Shown: positions 1-10,900 of the stretch, piece by piece | Layout: the number at the start of each line of letters is the position of its first letter | How positions within the stretch are numbered: position 1 is the first letter of the stretch | NCBI GenBank assembly: GCA_943373175.1 | Contig: CALSBM010000002.1 | Location: 20,260 to 84,259 of the forward strand | Reading direction: 5' to 3' | Length of the DNA: 64,000 nt | Source: Chitinophaga pinensis | GTDB taxonomy: Bacteria; Bacteroidota; Bacteroidia; UBA7662; JAIXUI01 | Position numbers and translations under genes: made by a program | Notes under the pieces: generated by a model | Told to the model about the DNA's origin: nothing | Database searches by the model: none | The model's input: only the letters and a program-made list of their open reading frames with translations

Positions 1-1
1 G

Positions 2-202
2 GCTCAGGCCGTTTCCTACACCACTGGCGTTCCTGCTATGCTTGGCGCCTTAATGATGCTTACTGGAAATTGGATGAAGCCCGGTGTTTATAATGTGGAA
101 GAGTTTAACCCTGACCCATTCCTGAAACTCCTTGGTGAGTATGGTTTGCCTTGGCACGAAAAAGTTAATGTGCCTCTCGCTTTCAATGATTATAACCTTT
201 AA
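2..202 (+). CDS. Saccharopine dehydrogenase family protein (carboxy(nor)spermidine dehydrogenase-like), 3' end only
   Basis: Frame 2 reads AQAVSYTTGVPAMLGALMMLTGNWMKPGVYNVEEFNPDPFLKLLGEYGLPW...NL*, the characteristic C-terminus of this family. The gene is cut by the window edge. Confidence 0.85.
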   Translation, partial: AQAVSYTTGVPAMLGALMMLTGNWMKPGVYNVEEFNPDPFLKLLGEYGLPWHEKVNVPLAFNDYNL

Positions 203-227
203 TTAACCTAATTCCGCATATTTGGGT

Positions 228-3200
228 ATGCGGATTAAGTTCTTTTTATTCTTCTTGGGCTGGCTTTTCTTGAACTTTACAGTGAAGAGTCAGCCTTTGG
301 TGTATCAAGTCTTATCGTCTTCAGGAAGCAATCCGGGAGGGATTAACACAGATTCTGATACTATTGACCGCACACCGGCCAACGGATTTCAACAACTTTT
401 AGGTGCCGGAGTCACACTTCCCACTTTCAGCCCTGCTTGGAACATTCCTTTTCCATTCAAATTTTATGGTCAGCCTCAAGCTCAGTTTTGCGTTGCACAT
501 ACGGGAGTAGTTACGTTTGATGTAGCTCGGGCAAACACACCTACTTCTCCCAGCACTTCAATTTTTAGTACCAACAGCCTTCCCAACAACTCAATTGCAG
601 CCTTTTGGGGCTCATTCCCATTTCCGGCGGGAACGGGAAGCCAGTCTGCGGTTTATGGAAAAGTGTATGGACAAAGTCCTAATCGTCAATATTGGATCGA
701 TTGGACTCGTTTTGACCTCAATGGTGGTACTGGTCTATGGTTTTCATTGGTGTTTGAAGAAACCACCAACGCTGTTTTTATGGTGGATAGAACAACTTTT
801 GTTTTTAATCCTCAACCGTTTAGGGCGGGTATAAAGAAAGATGTTTCCACTTTTTTGGAGGTCCCAGGAGGTTTCTTGAGCCTTCAAGCAGGCAGTCCAT
901 CTGCCTCAGATAACTCATTCTTAAGGTTTGCGCCTAAAGAACTCAGGGCCGATACTCTGGAAGTTTTCCAGAATCAAACGTTGAATTTTGGCAGCCTCCC
1001 CGATCCTTATTCGGTCAATTTCCAAGGTAGCCGGCAACAATACCTGATCAGTAAATCAGAACTGGTAACCTTAAAAGATTATCCGGTTTTAAACAGTCTT
1101 TCTTTTCACAGAGCCAATTCTTTTCAAAATCCATTTTATGCTAATTATTCTATCAAACTAAAAAATGTAAGCATTCAAAATTTATCTCAAGGCTTTGTCG
1201 CGAATGCTCAGCAAGTGTTCATTAATGGTTCTTATCAGACTGGAAGTGATTGGAATCAGCATGTATTTCAATCGCCCTTTGAATGGGATACCACACAAAA
1301 CCTGCTGGTTGAAATTTGCTTTACAGGTAATAATGGACAGCCCTTTAGCAGCCAAGGAGTAACAGGTGGCTTTTACTCCCCATTTTCAAGCATTGCGATA
1401 GCACAAAATAACAATCAGGTTTGCGGGCTACCCTTCTTTAACTCTCCTTTCAATCCGGTTTCAACAGATTTTAGACCTGATTTCAGGTTAGTGGGTGTAG
1501 AACCTTATGTGGATTTACTTCCTCCTCGGTTGGATAGCTTATCAAGCACCGGAGACAGTTGTTTGCCCTCTTCCCGTGTTATCAGGGTAAAGGTTCAGGA
1601 TAATAGGGGCGCGATTAAAGTGAACCTGCTCCATCGTGCATACAATGCCAACCGTTGGGACAGCATTCCCATGTCTCCTGATACTGGGGATTTCTGGCGT
1701 GCCGTTTTGCCCCCTCAATCTTCAGGTATTCCTTGGCTCTACACCGCAGCAGCCATAGACAGCTCCGGAAACCGCTCTGATACCTTGCCTGCTAAAGGAT
1801 TTTCAGATGGTTTAACTGTTTTTTCCCTTGGGCCTGATGTTACCGCAATACAAGGCACTCCCAAAACACTTAGTCCTAAGCGAGATGGTGTAAAAGGACT
1901 TAAAATAACCGAAGTGATCCTTTCCAGTGGCCCTGCTTACAGCAGCCAACTTCAAACCACCTTTCCTCCGAATGCCCCTTCAGTTTTTTCTGCTGATGAG
2001 GTGATAGAAATACAAAATGTCAGTCCCATCCCCATCGATGTAAGCGGTTTTCAATTAGAATGGTTGCTTAGTAACCCTGCTGTTCCTCGGTTAAATTTCA
2101 CTTTCCCACAAGGCACTATCGCAGGCCCTAACCAGGTTCTTCTTGTTTACTCAGGATCTTTGCCCAACCAGAACAGCGACAGAATCTTTTTCATGGGCAG
2201 TTTCGCTAACCTAATGAGTTCTACCGATCGAGCAGGGTTTATCCTCAAAGATTCAAGCAATCAACTATTAGATGCTGTTGCAGTTAATGGATTCAGTTTT
2301 AATGTGAATACAGGAGTAAGACTGAGCGATTGGAATGGTCAGATTTTTATTCCCAACAACAGCACCGGTATTTCCAGACTTAATGAAACCAATAATGCCT
2401 CTGATTGGAACATTATCACAACTGGAAGGGATACTACCTCCTTTGGGTTTACCAACCCAAGTATGCTACGTGATTTTGCGAATTACTTCTGGAGAAAGGG
2501 AACAGCCTCAAACATCATCAGCAGAGAAAGAGAATTGCCCATAATTATTCAAAACCCTGAGATTTATCAATTAGAAATTAGCCTCGGCAACTGTAGTTAT
2601 CAGGATACCATTCAAGTGAATACCCTTGTTTATTGCAATCCTGGTGGCACCCCTACTGCCCCTCAAATCAAAGAATGGCGTTTAGGCGGAGTTATTCAAA
2701 ATCAGATACAGCCTTTTGGCCCAAAACCATTGAACACCACCAGTGGAGTTGTGTTGGTTGCCGGAAAAGGGCCATATCGATTCAGAGCAGTTACTACTCC
2801 GCTTAACCAGCCTCACTGGGTAAGTGTTTGGCTAGATTTAAATCGCGATGGAATAATCAGCGATTCGTCTGAGCGAGTTCTTAGATCATCCTGTATTTCT
2901 GATACTGCCTTTGGAAGGATATATGTCCCTGTTGGACAGTCCTCAGGGCCTTTATTAATGCGAATTGCTTTGGATATTGATAGTCTTGCTTTGCCTTGCG
3001 GCCCTTTTCAATCATTTCATGAAGATGTTGTTGTCCAATTTATCCAGCCAACAGAAGACCTTATCCCGCCAACACTAACCTTGCAGAAATCGGTCAATAA
3101 TCCTTGTGCTCCTTCAGCAATTTCTCTATCAACCGATGTTTCAGACCCGGAAGGAGTTGATAGTGTATGGTATCAATGGACACTTTGGCCTTCAGCATTC

Positions 3201-4778
3201 ACAGGTAGTTTACCTGCGAACTGGGATTCAGTGACTTGGAAATGGATAGCTAATCTTACACCTCCAAATCCGGGGCAATTGTTAATGTTTCAGGCTGGAG
3301 CAATAGATTTCAATCGTAATAAAAGTTTTTCTAAAGAAGATGCTGTTTCTAACAGAATAGATTCGGTTTATGCCGGAAATGATACGGTAGGAATTGCAGG
3401 AAGCAGTTTGAAAAGAATCGGTGGCGTTACTAAAAATGGCATTCTCATTTCTGAAATTCTATTAATCCCTGCACTGCAAGGTGCACGTGCCAATGCCGAC
3501 TCCTCAACTTCTTTGTTTTGGGGTCCCGATATGATAGAAATAACCAATACCACGGATACAGTTCAAGATATTGGAAGTTATCGTTTAAAGGTTGAAGTAA
3601 TTAAAACAGCTAGTCCTGTTTATTACGAAGCTAAAGTGCCTCAAGGAAGGATACTACAGCCCGGAGAAACCTTGGTTTTCACTGCTGGCACCTACATCTT
3701 TCAGCTTCCACCAAAGTTGATTCCCTTCAACTTTGCCACAACGCCACCAGATATTTGGGATTATGATGATCGAATGGCTGTGGCCTTATTTGACCCTGCA
3801 GGTTATGCTGTAGATGCCGTTTATCTCAACGACCATGAGCCATTAATTCCTGAAGACTGGCCAGGGTCAAGAATGTATGGCAGATTAATTCCGGAACTAG
3901 TAAGTGGGGTACAACGAACCCGCTCCAAAGACCTTGATCTCGGTTCAGATTGGGAATCGACTTCCCCCAATTCTGGAAGAAATATCAACATGGGTAAAAG
4001 AAACGCAGTTCTCGACACTAACCGTTTTCGGAGTTATTGGAAAGAGATAACTTCTGGTCGAATGAGTAACAGTAGTGAGTTAAACACAACCTTTCAAGGA
4101 CTTAAAACCTGGATTTTTGAATCAGAGTTTAACCAGTGTCTGCTCACCGATACCTTCACTGCAGAAGCAGACAGCCTGTTTAAAGACCTCAAAATCAATC
4201 GGTTTATTCAGAGTTCTAACTCACTTTTTTACGATAGCGTTCAAATAGGTGTTTGGCTTTCCAATCAAGGAATAATGCCAACCGACACTTTCAAGATCAG
4301 TTTGTACGACAATAACAACCTCTACGCTACGGACACGGTTGCTTTAGTTATTGCTCCCAGAGACAGTTTGCTTTATCGTTTCAAGCTTCCTTGGATAGCT
4401 TCACAACCCGGCTTTCGGGGATTGAGGGCTGCTGTTCAACTTGAAGGTGATAGAAACGCTCGAAACGATACCTTTTACCTGCTTGTAAATTCACAGGTTA
4501 ATTCCAAAGTTGAAGTACTCGAAACATTTAACGTTTATCCAAACCCTGCAAAGGATTATGTTATCGTTGAGTTTCCTACCAGAAATAACAATAACTGGGA
4601 TATCTCCATGCTGGATGCTTCTGGGAGAATAGTTAGGGAACAATCCCTCCTTTCTAAAGAAAATCATAATTTTTCAAGGATTACTTTAAATATTTCGGAT
4701 TTATCTTCTGGATTTTACTTAATCAAGGCCACTAATAGCCTTAGTGGAGACATGTATTGGAAACTCCTTAAAGAGTGA
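228..4778 (+). CDS. Large T9SS type-A cargo protein (~1516 aa): N-terminal domain, Ig-like domains, two lamin-tail-like modules, degenerate GEVED domain, CARDB-like domain
   Basis: Signal peptide after the ATG at 228. Lamin-tail-like motifs GLKITEV/GILISEI...EIxN. GEVED-like VWLDLNRDG. C-terminal VYPNPAKDYV...SGFYLIK type-A CTD. Confidence 0.85.
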   Translation: MRIKFFLFFLGWLFLNFTVKSQPLVYQVLSSSGSNPGGINTDSDTIDRTPANGFQQLLGAGVTLPTFSPAWNIPFPFKFYGQPQAQFCVAHTGVVTFDVARANTPTSPSTSIFSTNSLPNNSIAAFWGSFPFPAGTGSQSAVYGKVYGQSPNRQYWIDWTRFDLNGGTGLWFSLVFEETTNAVFMVDRTTFVFNPQPFRAGIKKDVSTFLEVPGGFLSLQAGSPSASDNSFLRFAPKELRADTLEVFQNQTLNFGSLPDPYSVNFQGSRQQYLISKSELVTLKDYPVLNSLSFHRANSFQNPFYANYSIKLKNVSIQNLSQGFVANAQQVFINGSYQTGSDWNQHVFQSPFEWDTTQNLLVEICFTGNNGQPFSSQGVTGGFYSPFSSIAIAQNNNQVCGLPFFNSPFNPVSTDFRPDFRLVGVEPYVDLLPPRLDSLSSTGDSCLPSSRVIRVKVQDNRGAIKVNLLHRAYNANRWDSIPMSPDTGDFWRAVLPPQSSGIPWLYTAAAIDSSGNRSDTLPAKGFSDGLTVFSLGPDVTAIQGTPKTLSPKRDGVKGLKITEVILSSGPAYSSQLQTTFPPNAPSVFSADEVIEIQNVSPIPIDVSGFQLEWLLSNPAVPRLNFTFPQGTIAGPNQVLLVYSGSLPNQNSDRIFFMGSFANLMSSTDRAGFILKDSSNQLLDAVAVNGFSFNVNTGVRLSDWNGQIFIPNNSTGISRLNETNNASDWNIITTGRDTTSFGFTNPSMLRDFANYFWRKGTASNIISRERELPIIIQNPEIYQLEISLGNCSYQDTIQVNTLVYCNPGGTPTAPQIKEWRLGGVIQNQIQPFGPKPLNTTSGVVLVAGKGPYRFRAVTTPLNQPHWVSVWLDLNRDGIISDSSERVLRSSCISDTAFGRIYVPVGQSSGPLLMRIALDIDSLALPCGPFQSFHEDVVVQFIQPTEDLIPPTLTLQKSVNNPCAPSAISLSTDVSDPEGVDSVWYQWTLWPSAFTGSLPANWDSVTWKWIANLTPPNPGQLLMFQAGAIDFNRNKSFSKEDAVSNRIDSVYAGNDTVGIAGSSLKRIGGVTKNGILISEILLIPALQGARANADSSTSLFWGPDMIEITNTTDTVQDIGSYRLKVEVIKTASPVYYEAKVPQGRILQPGETLVFTAGTYIFQLPPKLIPFNFATTPPDIWDYDDRMAVALFDPAGYAVDAVYLNDHEPLIPEDWPGSRMYGRLIPELVSGVQRTRSKDLDLGSDWESTSPNSGRNINMGKRNAVLDTNRFRSYWKEITSGRMSNSSELNTTFQGLKTWIFESEFNQCLLTDTFTAEADSLFKDLKINRFIQSSNSLFYDSVQIGVWLSNQGIMPTDTFKISLYDNNNLYATDTVALVIAPRDSLLYRFKLPWIASQPGFRGLRAAVQLEGDRNARNDTFYLLVNSQVNSKVEVLETFNVYPNPAKDYVIVEFPTRNNNNWDISMLDASGRIVREQSLLSKENHNFSRITLNISDLSSGFYLIKATNSLSGDMYWKLLKE

Positions 4779-4918
4779 TATAGCCCTTTCAATGTGTCGA
4801 TAGAATTAAGGAATTAGTCTTTTCAGAGCTGTTAAAATCTTTAAATTAACCTTCATTAAACCATTTATTGAGCTTCTTTATCTTACAATTCAAGAGCAGT
4901 AGCCATAACGGAGTAATC

Positions 4919-7900
4919 ATGAACAAAATAATCCTTTTTACAATCTGTATGCTGACGATGCTGGTGAGCCAGCGGTCTCATGCACAATTGGTGGTTTACC
5001 AAGTAAGCCCACAAACCACAACGGGCGGTAACCCGGGAGGAATCAATACTGATTCTGATACCTTATCCCGGTCATCTGGAAATGGGTTTACCCAGGTTTT
5101 AGGGCCAAACCAGATTTTTCCGATATACTCAGCTAAGCAAGCTATTCCTTTTAGTTTTCGTTTTGGAGGGCAGTTGGTTAGCGAGTTCGTTGTATCAACA
5201 ACCGGAATTCTGACTTTCGACACTAGCCGTGCAGGCGTGTTTTCTAGTCCGGTTGCAGGTGCTTTTACTTCTAACTTAATCCCAGATAAGTCTGTTGCAG
5301 TGTATTGGGAAAATTCTCCTTCTACCGGCACAAGCACCAATGACGTAGTAACCCGTAAGGTTTATGGAACAGCTCCTAACCGCCAGCTTTGGATTGATTG
5401 GTGTTCTATGGCAACAGGCAATGCTACCGACGCTTATTTCTCCGTTGTGATGGAAGAAACGACTAACAAAATTTATGTTGTCGATAAAAGAGTATTCACT
5501 GGAACCAACATAACCGGAACCGTTGGGGTTAAAGTAAGCAACACCAATTATGTTGAAGCCTTTGGCTCGCCGAATCTTGGTTTTACTTCTGGAACTCCTT
5601 TAGCCAATGACAACTACTATTACGAAATTTCGCAGCAAACGTATCAGACTGTAATTGGTCAAATTGGAACCGGAACCACCAACAACGCAGCAGGTGGATA
5701 TCCTTCTGTTTACGGCAATAACTTTTGGGGAGCAAAACATCAGTTCCTTATTCGCAAAAGTGAGCTTACAGCGTATTTAAACCGTCCACTTTTATCTGAG
5801 CTGAGTTTTTATGTAGTAACTCCGGGACAAGCTATCGCTTACAACAACTTTAGTATCAGCTTGAAAAATACTAATGCAGATTCTATAAACACTTTTCAAA
5901 CTGGATTTCAAACCGTCTATACCAATTCAAGCGTAGCAATCGATACAGGATGGAATAATCATCTCTTTAACAATCTCTTCCAATGGGACACTACTGGAAA
6001 CCTCTTGGTTGAAGTGTGTTTTAACAATACGGGCTTTACAGCCAACAACACCATTCTACAAAACACCCTCATGCCTTTCAGAAGCACGATGGTATTAAGA
6101 GGTGATAATGCAACAAATTGCTCAGGCCTTACTCCTTCATTTTCAGCTGATGTTAATCAATTCTTGAGACCTAACATGTTGCTAACTGGCATTGAAGCAT
6201 TCGCGGATTTGTTGCCACCGAGAGTTGACAGTCTAGGTCAAGTAGCTAGTTTGTGTAATCCCGCTCCAAAAACGGTAACTGCTCGTATTCTGGATAACCG
6301 GGGAGTGCTCAATGCAAGATTGATTTATTCCTTAAACAACGGCACTAACTGGGATACCGTTGCCATGACACTCAATGCAGGTCTGTACACTGGTAGTATT
6401 CCTGCCGGTACAGCAGGAGTAACGATACAATACACCGTTACAGCAGTTGACTCAGCAGGTAACATTACTGTTCCCCCTCCGGCTCTATCTTATCTCGATG
6501 GAGGATTAACCATCAATCTAGGCCCAGATCAAACCATTCCGGCAGGAGCTTCGGTAACTTTAGATCCTCAGGTAAACAAAGTACGGGGATTGAAGATTAC
6601 TGAAATGGTGCTTTCGAGAAATGCGATTTTTGCTAACCAGCTTCAACCAACTTATCCTTCTATCCTCGCTGGATTTACCGCATCAGATGAACTTATGGAG
6701 GTTCAAAATGTGAGTGACCAGCCGCTGAATGTTTCCGGTTTTACCATGGAATGGATAACAACTGGTGGGCCTGGAGGAGTAAATACCTATAGTGCAGTAA
6801 TTCCTACTGGCACAATTATACCGGCTGGCGGCTTTGTCTTCTTTGTCAGCGGTACTGTCTCTGATGCCAATAATCGCATTTTTGGCATGACAAGCCCTGC
6901 AAATGCGTATCAAACAGCTAATTCAGTAGGGTTTATTCTAAGAGATTCTGTAGGAAACATTGTTGATGTTTTGGCCATGAACGGCTTTAACTTCCCTGTT
7001 GCATCAGGTGTTACTGCTTCTGATTGGTTGGGTTCTATTCCTAGCAGTAACCAAAGAGCTGGCGTTCAGCGTATCAACGAAACTAACAACGCATCCGATT
7101 GGGTTATCACAACCGCAAATCAAATCATTACTTCCTTGGGAGCTACCAATGTTGGAATGACTAGTGATTATGCAAGCTACAGTTGGACGCGCACTAGCTC
7201 TGTTGGAATCTTTAGCACAGAACGGTCGGTTCAGGTAAGCCCAACGACAACCACAACTTACTTTCTTAATGCCGCCTCTAATAATTGTATAGTTCGCGAT
7301 ACTATTGTTGTGAATGTAATCGACTACTGTCAGGTTAGCACAGATTCAGTCCCGGTTTACATTCAGGAAGTTCTTTTTACTGGCTTGAGCAACTTTGGGT
7401 TCCCGACTACTAATGGCTATCAGTTTTTTAGTAATATATCTTCTCGTGTAATTCCAGGTTCAAGAAACAATATTCTGAGTGTTACTCCGGGATTTGTGAA
7501 TGGAACTGTCCCTGTTCATTTTAAAGCTTGGGTAGATTGGAATAAGGATGGTGACTTGTCTGATCCTGGTGAAGAAATTCTTAGTTCAGGCCCTGATACT
7601 ACCACTGTAAGACTTAACTATACTGTACCAAGTAACGCATCACAAGGCATTTCAAGATTAAGAATAGGAATTTTCACCACTTCTGGTGTTGGTCCATGCG
7701 ATACTACAGCGTTTGGTGATTTTCACGATTACCCCATTGAAATAGTTCCTTCATCTGTAGATACTAATAAACCAGTATTCGCAAGCTTGAATACCATAAC
7801 TCCTCAATGCAACCCTACAGCAAGGAGTATTCAGTCAGTTTGGTCTGATAACTTTACGGTTGACAGCGTTTATCTTGACTATTCAATCGACAACGGAGCA

Positions 7901-10900
7901 ACTTCTAACAGTGTTGCATTAACCTACCAGCTTGCAAACAACGAATGGACGGGCATTTTACCTGCAGGAATTAAAGGCACCAAGGTCATTTATTCAACTA
8001 GAGCAATCGACCATAGTGGTAATTCAAGAAGCTCTATTCTAAAATCATTTATCGATGGCGAATTCGTCGTACACGCAGGCAACGACACCACTGTACCTCC
8101 AACAAGTGGCGCCTTTAACAGAATTGCGAAAATTTCAAGGAATGGGCTTAAAATCTCTGAAATCCTTGTAAGTCGGGCTTCAACGGGCGCTCAAACTATT
8201 TGGCCAGCAGCACTACCTCAGGGAGGAAATGCAGATATGGTTGAAATTGCCAATACTATGGCTGTACCCGCAGATTTATCTGGCATGACCCTAAGAGTAC
8301 ATTTAATTTTTGGAGGTGGTCCAGGTGGGGGCGCTCAGAATTTGAACTTCGTTTTCCCTGCTGGCAGTATTGTTCCTCCCGGTCAAACGGCGGTTGCAAT
8401 TTATGCAACAGGTGGAAACAACCTTGCTAACCGAGTTTTTTACACCGGAAACAATTTCAATCTTTTCAATGCCAATGGTCAATTTGGGGTTGCATTAATT
8501 AATGTTGATAGTACTATTCAAGATGCATTTCTCGCGAACAACATCGTTCCAACCTCTATTATGGGAATAAGTGCCTCTGATTTTGTCGGGACGATGGCAA
8601 TCGGAGGAAACATTGCTGGTGTCCAACGTAATGTATTGACAGATTCTAATACTCCATCCGACTGGGTGCTAAGCAATGCTCAGCCTACAACTACTTCACT
8701 TCTCGCCTATAATTCCGGTGTTGGAGTTCGTTTAGCAAGTTATCAATGGAAAAACTTGGGTAACAATACGGTGCTATCCAATAATGATACGCTAACTATT
8801 ACAACCCCTACTTCAACTCAGTATGAAGTCGCGTTTACTGTTGATACTAATTGTACCGTTAAAGACACTTTCAATGTAACTGTTTCAACCGCATTTCTTG
8901 ATTTAGCTGTTGATAGTATTGTACTTCCAACAAGCTGTGTTTTGGGGGCAAATGAAATTATAAGAGTTAGAGTAAAAAATGTTGGGTTCAGTGCTTTAAC
9001 GATGAGCACTTCCCCTGTTACTGCCATCCTCGATGTCAATGGGGTGCCAACTACTTTAACCAGAAGCACAGGTACACTTGCTTTGAATGACACGATTTGG
9101 TTTCAATTTTCTGGAATTGATCTTACTGGCGCTCAGATTCCGGTTCGATATCAAATAAGCTCCTTGATTATAGTTAATGGTGACCTGGTAAGTTCCAACA
9201 ATACTAAAGGCCCCGAAGTAGTACTATCAGAACTGATTTCGGTTAATGCAGGTACTGATCAAACGATAGGGCCGGGAGTGACTACTACCTTAACAGCTTC
9301 TTCCAGCTTTGAGAGAATAGTGATTTCTGAAGTTATGCAGTCTAGAGGCAATACTGGTACTCAGGCTACTTTCCCACCAGCTATTAATACAGGGGGTGGA
9401 ATTGGCGGTCCAGATGTATTCGAATTTACTAATGTTGGCCCTAACCCAGTTTCCCTCTCAGGGCTTCAATTCCAAGCATTAACCGCAGGGGGTGGCCCAG
9501 GTCCTGGAACCGCTGTTAACTATACTTTCCCTAATGGGGTAATTCTGCCTCCCGATTCTATATTTACTGTTATCGCGGGAACAGGCACCAACGATACTAT
9601 TGGTCGTTACTTCTTCACTGGAGGTGGTAATAACAATCCAATCAACTCTACAGCTGCTATTGGCTATGTTTTAAGACGTGGAACAAGAATTATCGACGCT
9701 TTTGCAGTGAACAACTTCAATTTCCCGGTCGCTTCAGGTGTAACTGCCGATGATTGGAGTGGATCGATTAACGTTGCCAACCTTGCAGGAGCACAACGAA
9801 CAGGATTTGATAATAATACTTCCTCAAATTGGAGGGCCGACACAACTAACTTCCCTTCAACAATCGGTGCTAGAAATGCTGGATTAATTGCAACTCCTGG
9901 TAGCACACACTGGAGAGTACTCGGCAATACCACAAGCCTTGGCACATCTAACACTATTCAAGTAACCCCTTCTGCGACTTCAAACTACGTTTATACCTTA
10001 ACGGTCAACAACTGCCAATTCAGCGATACTGTTTTAGTAAACGTTTCTACTACATTCGTTGATTTAACACCAGATTCTATTCGTTTAGGAAATGGAGCTT
10101 GCGACAACAGCACTTTTGCTGACGTTGAAGTTAGAATTAGAAACATTGGATTAAGCACACTTAATGCAGCTATCAATCCAATTACATTGACTGCAACTGT
10201 TGGAGGAACTCCTACAACTTTTTTAATTAACAGTGGAACATTTGCTGCTAATTCTATTACATGGGTAACAATTCCCTCAGTTTCGCTTACTGGTCTTCAA
10301 ATCAATACATTCAACGCTGCTGTTGGAATCAAACTTAGTTGTGCGGTAGATATTTTGGCAAGTAACGACTCCTTAAATCCGGTTAGAATAATTAAGGCAC
10401 CGATGGCAGTTAGAGCCAGTAACGATACTACGGTCATTCCAGGTGGTACGGTTACCTTATCTGCATTGCCTACTCTTGGTAGCGTGGTGATTTCTGAGGT
10501 GTACTATGCTGCAAACGGGCAAGGTGCTCAGGCAGCAGGGTCATTCCCGACTGCAATTACTACTCCGGTAGGGGCCTCATTCATAGAAATTGCCAACAAT
10601 TCAACAGCGATAATGAACCTGAGTGGTTGGGTACTTGAATCTGTTGGTAACAGTCCATTAGCCATTTTTACTTTTACACTACCCTCATCCGCAGTTCTTG
10701 CGCCCGGCCAGGTATTGGTTTTAAGCAGCCAAACAGGAACTGCTGACACCGTAAATAAAGTGTATTTCTTGAATCTGGCGGCTAACCCATTTGCCGCAAA
10801 TAGAGCTTGGGGGTTAATTCTTCGTCAGGGCACAACGATTATGGATGCAGTCGCTTTCAATACGTACACTTTCTTACCAACCAGTGGGGTTACTGCATTC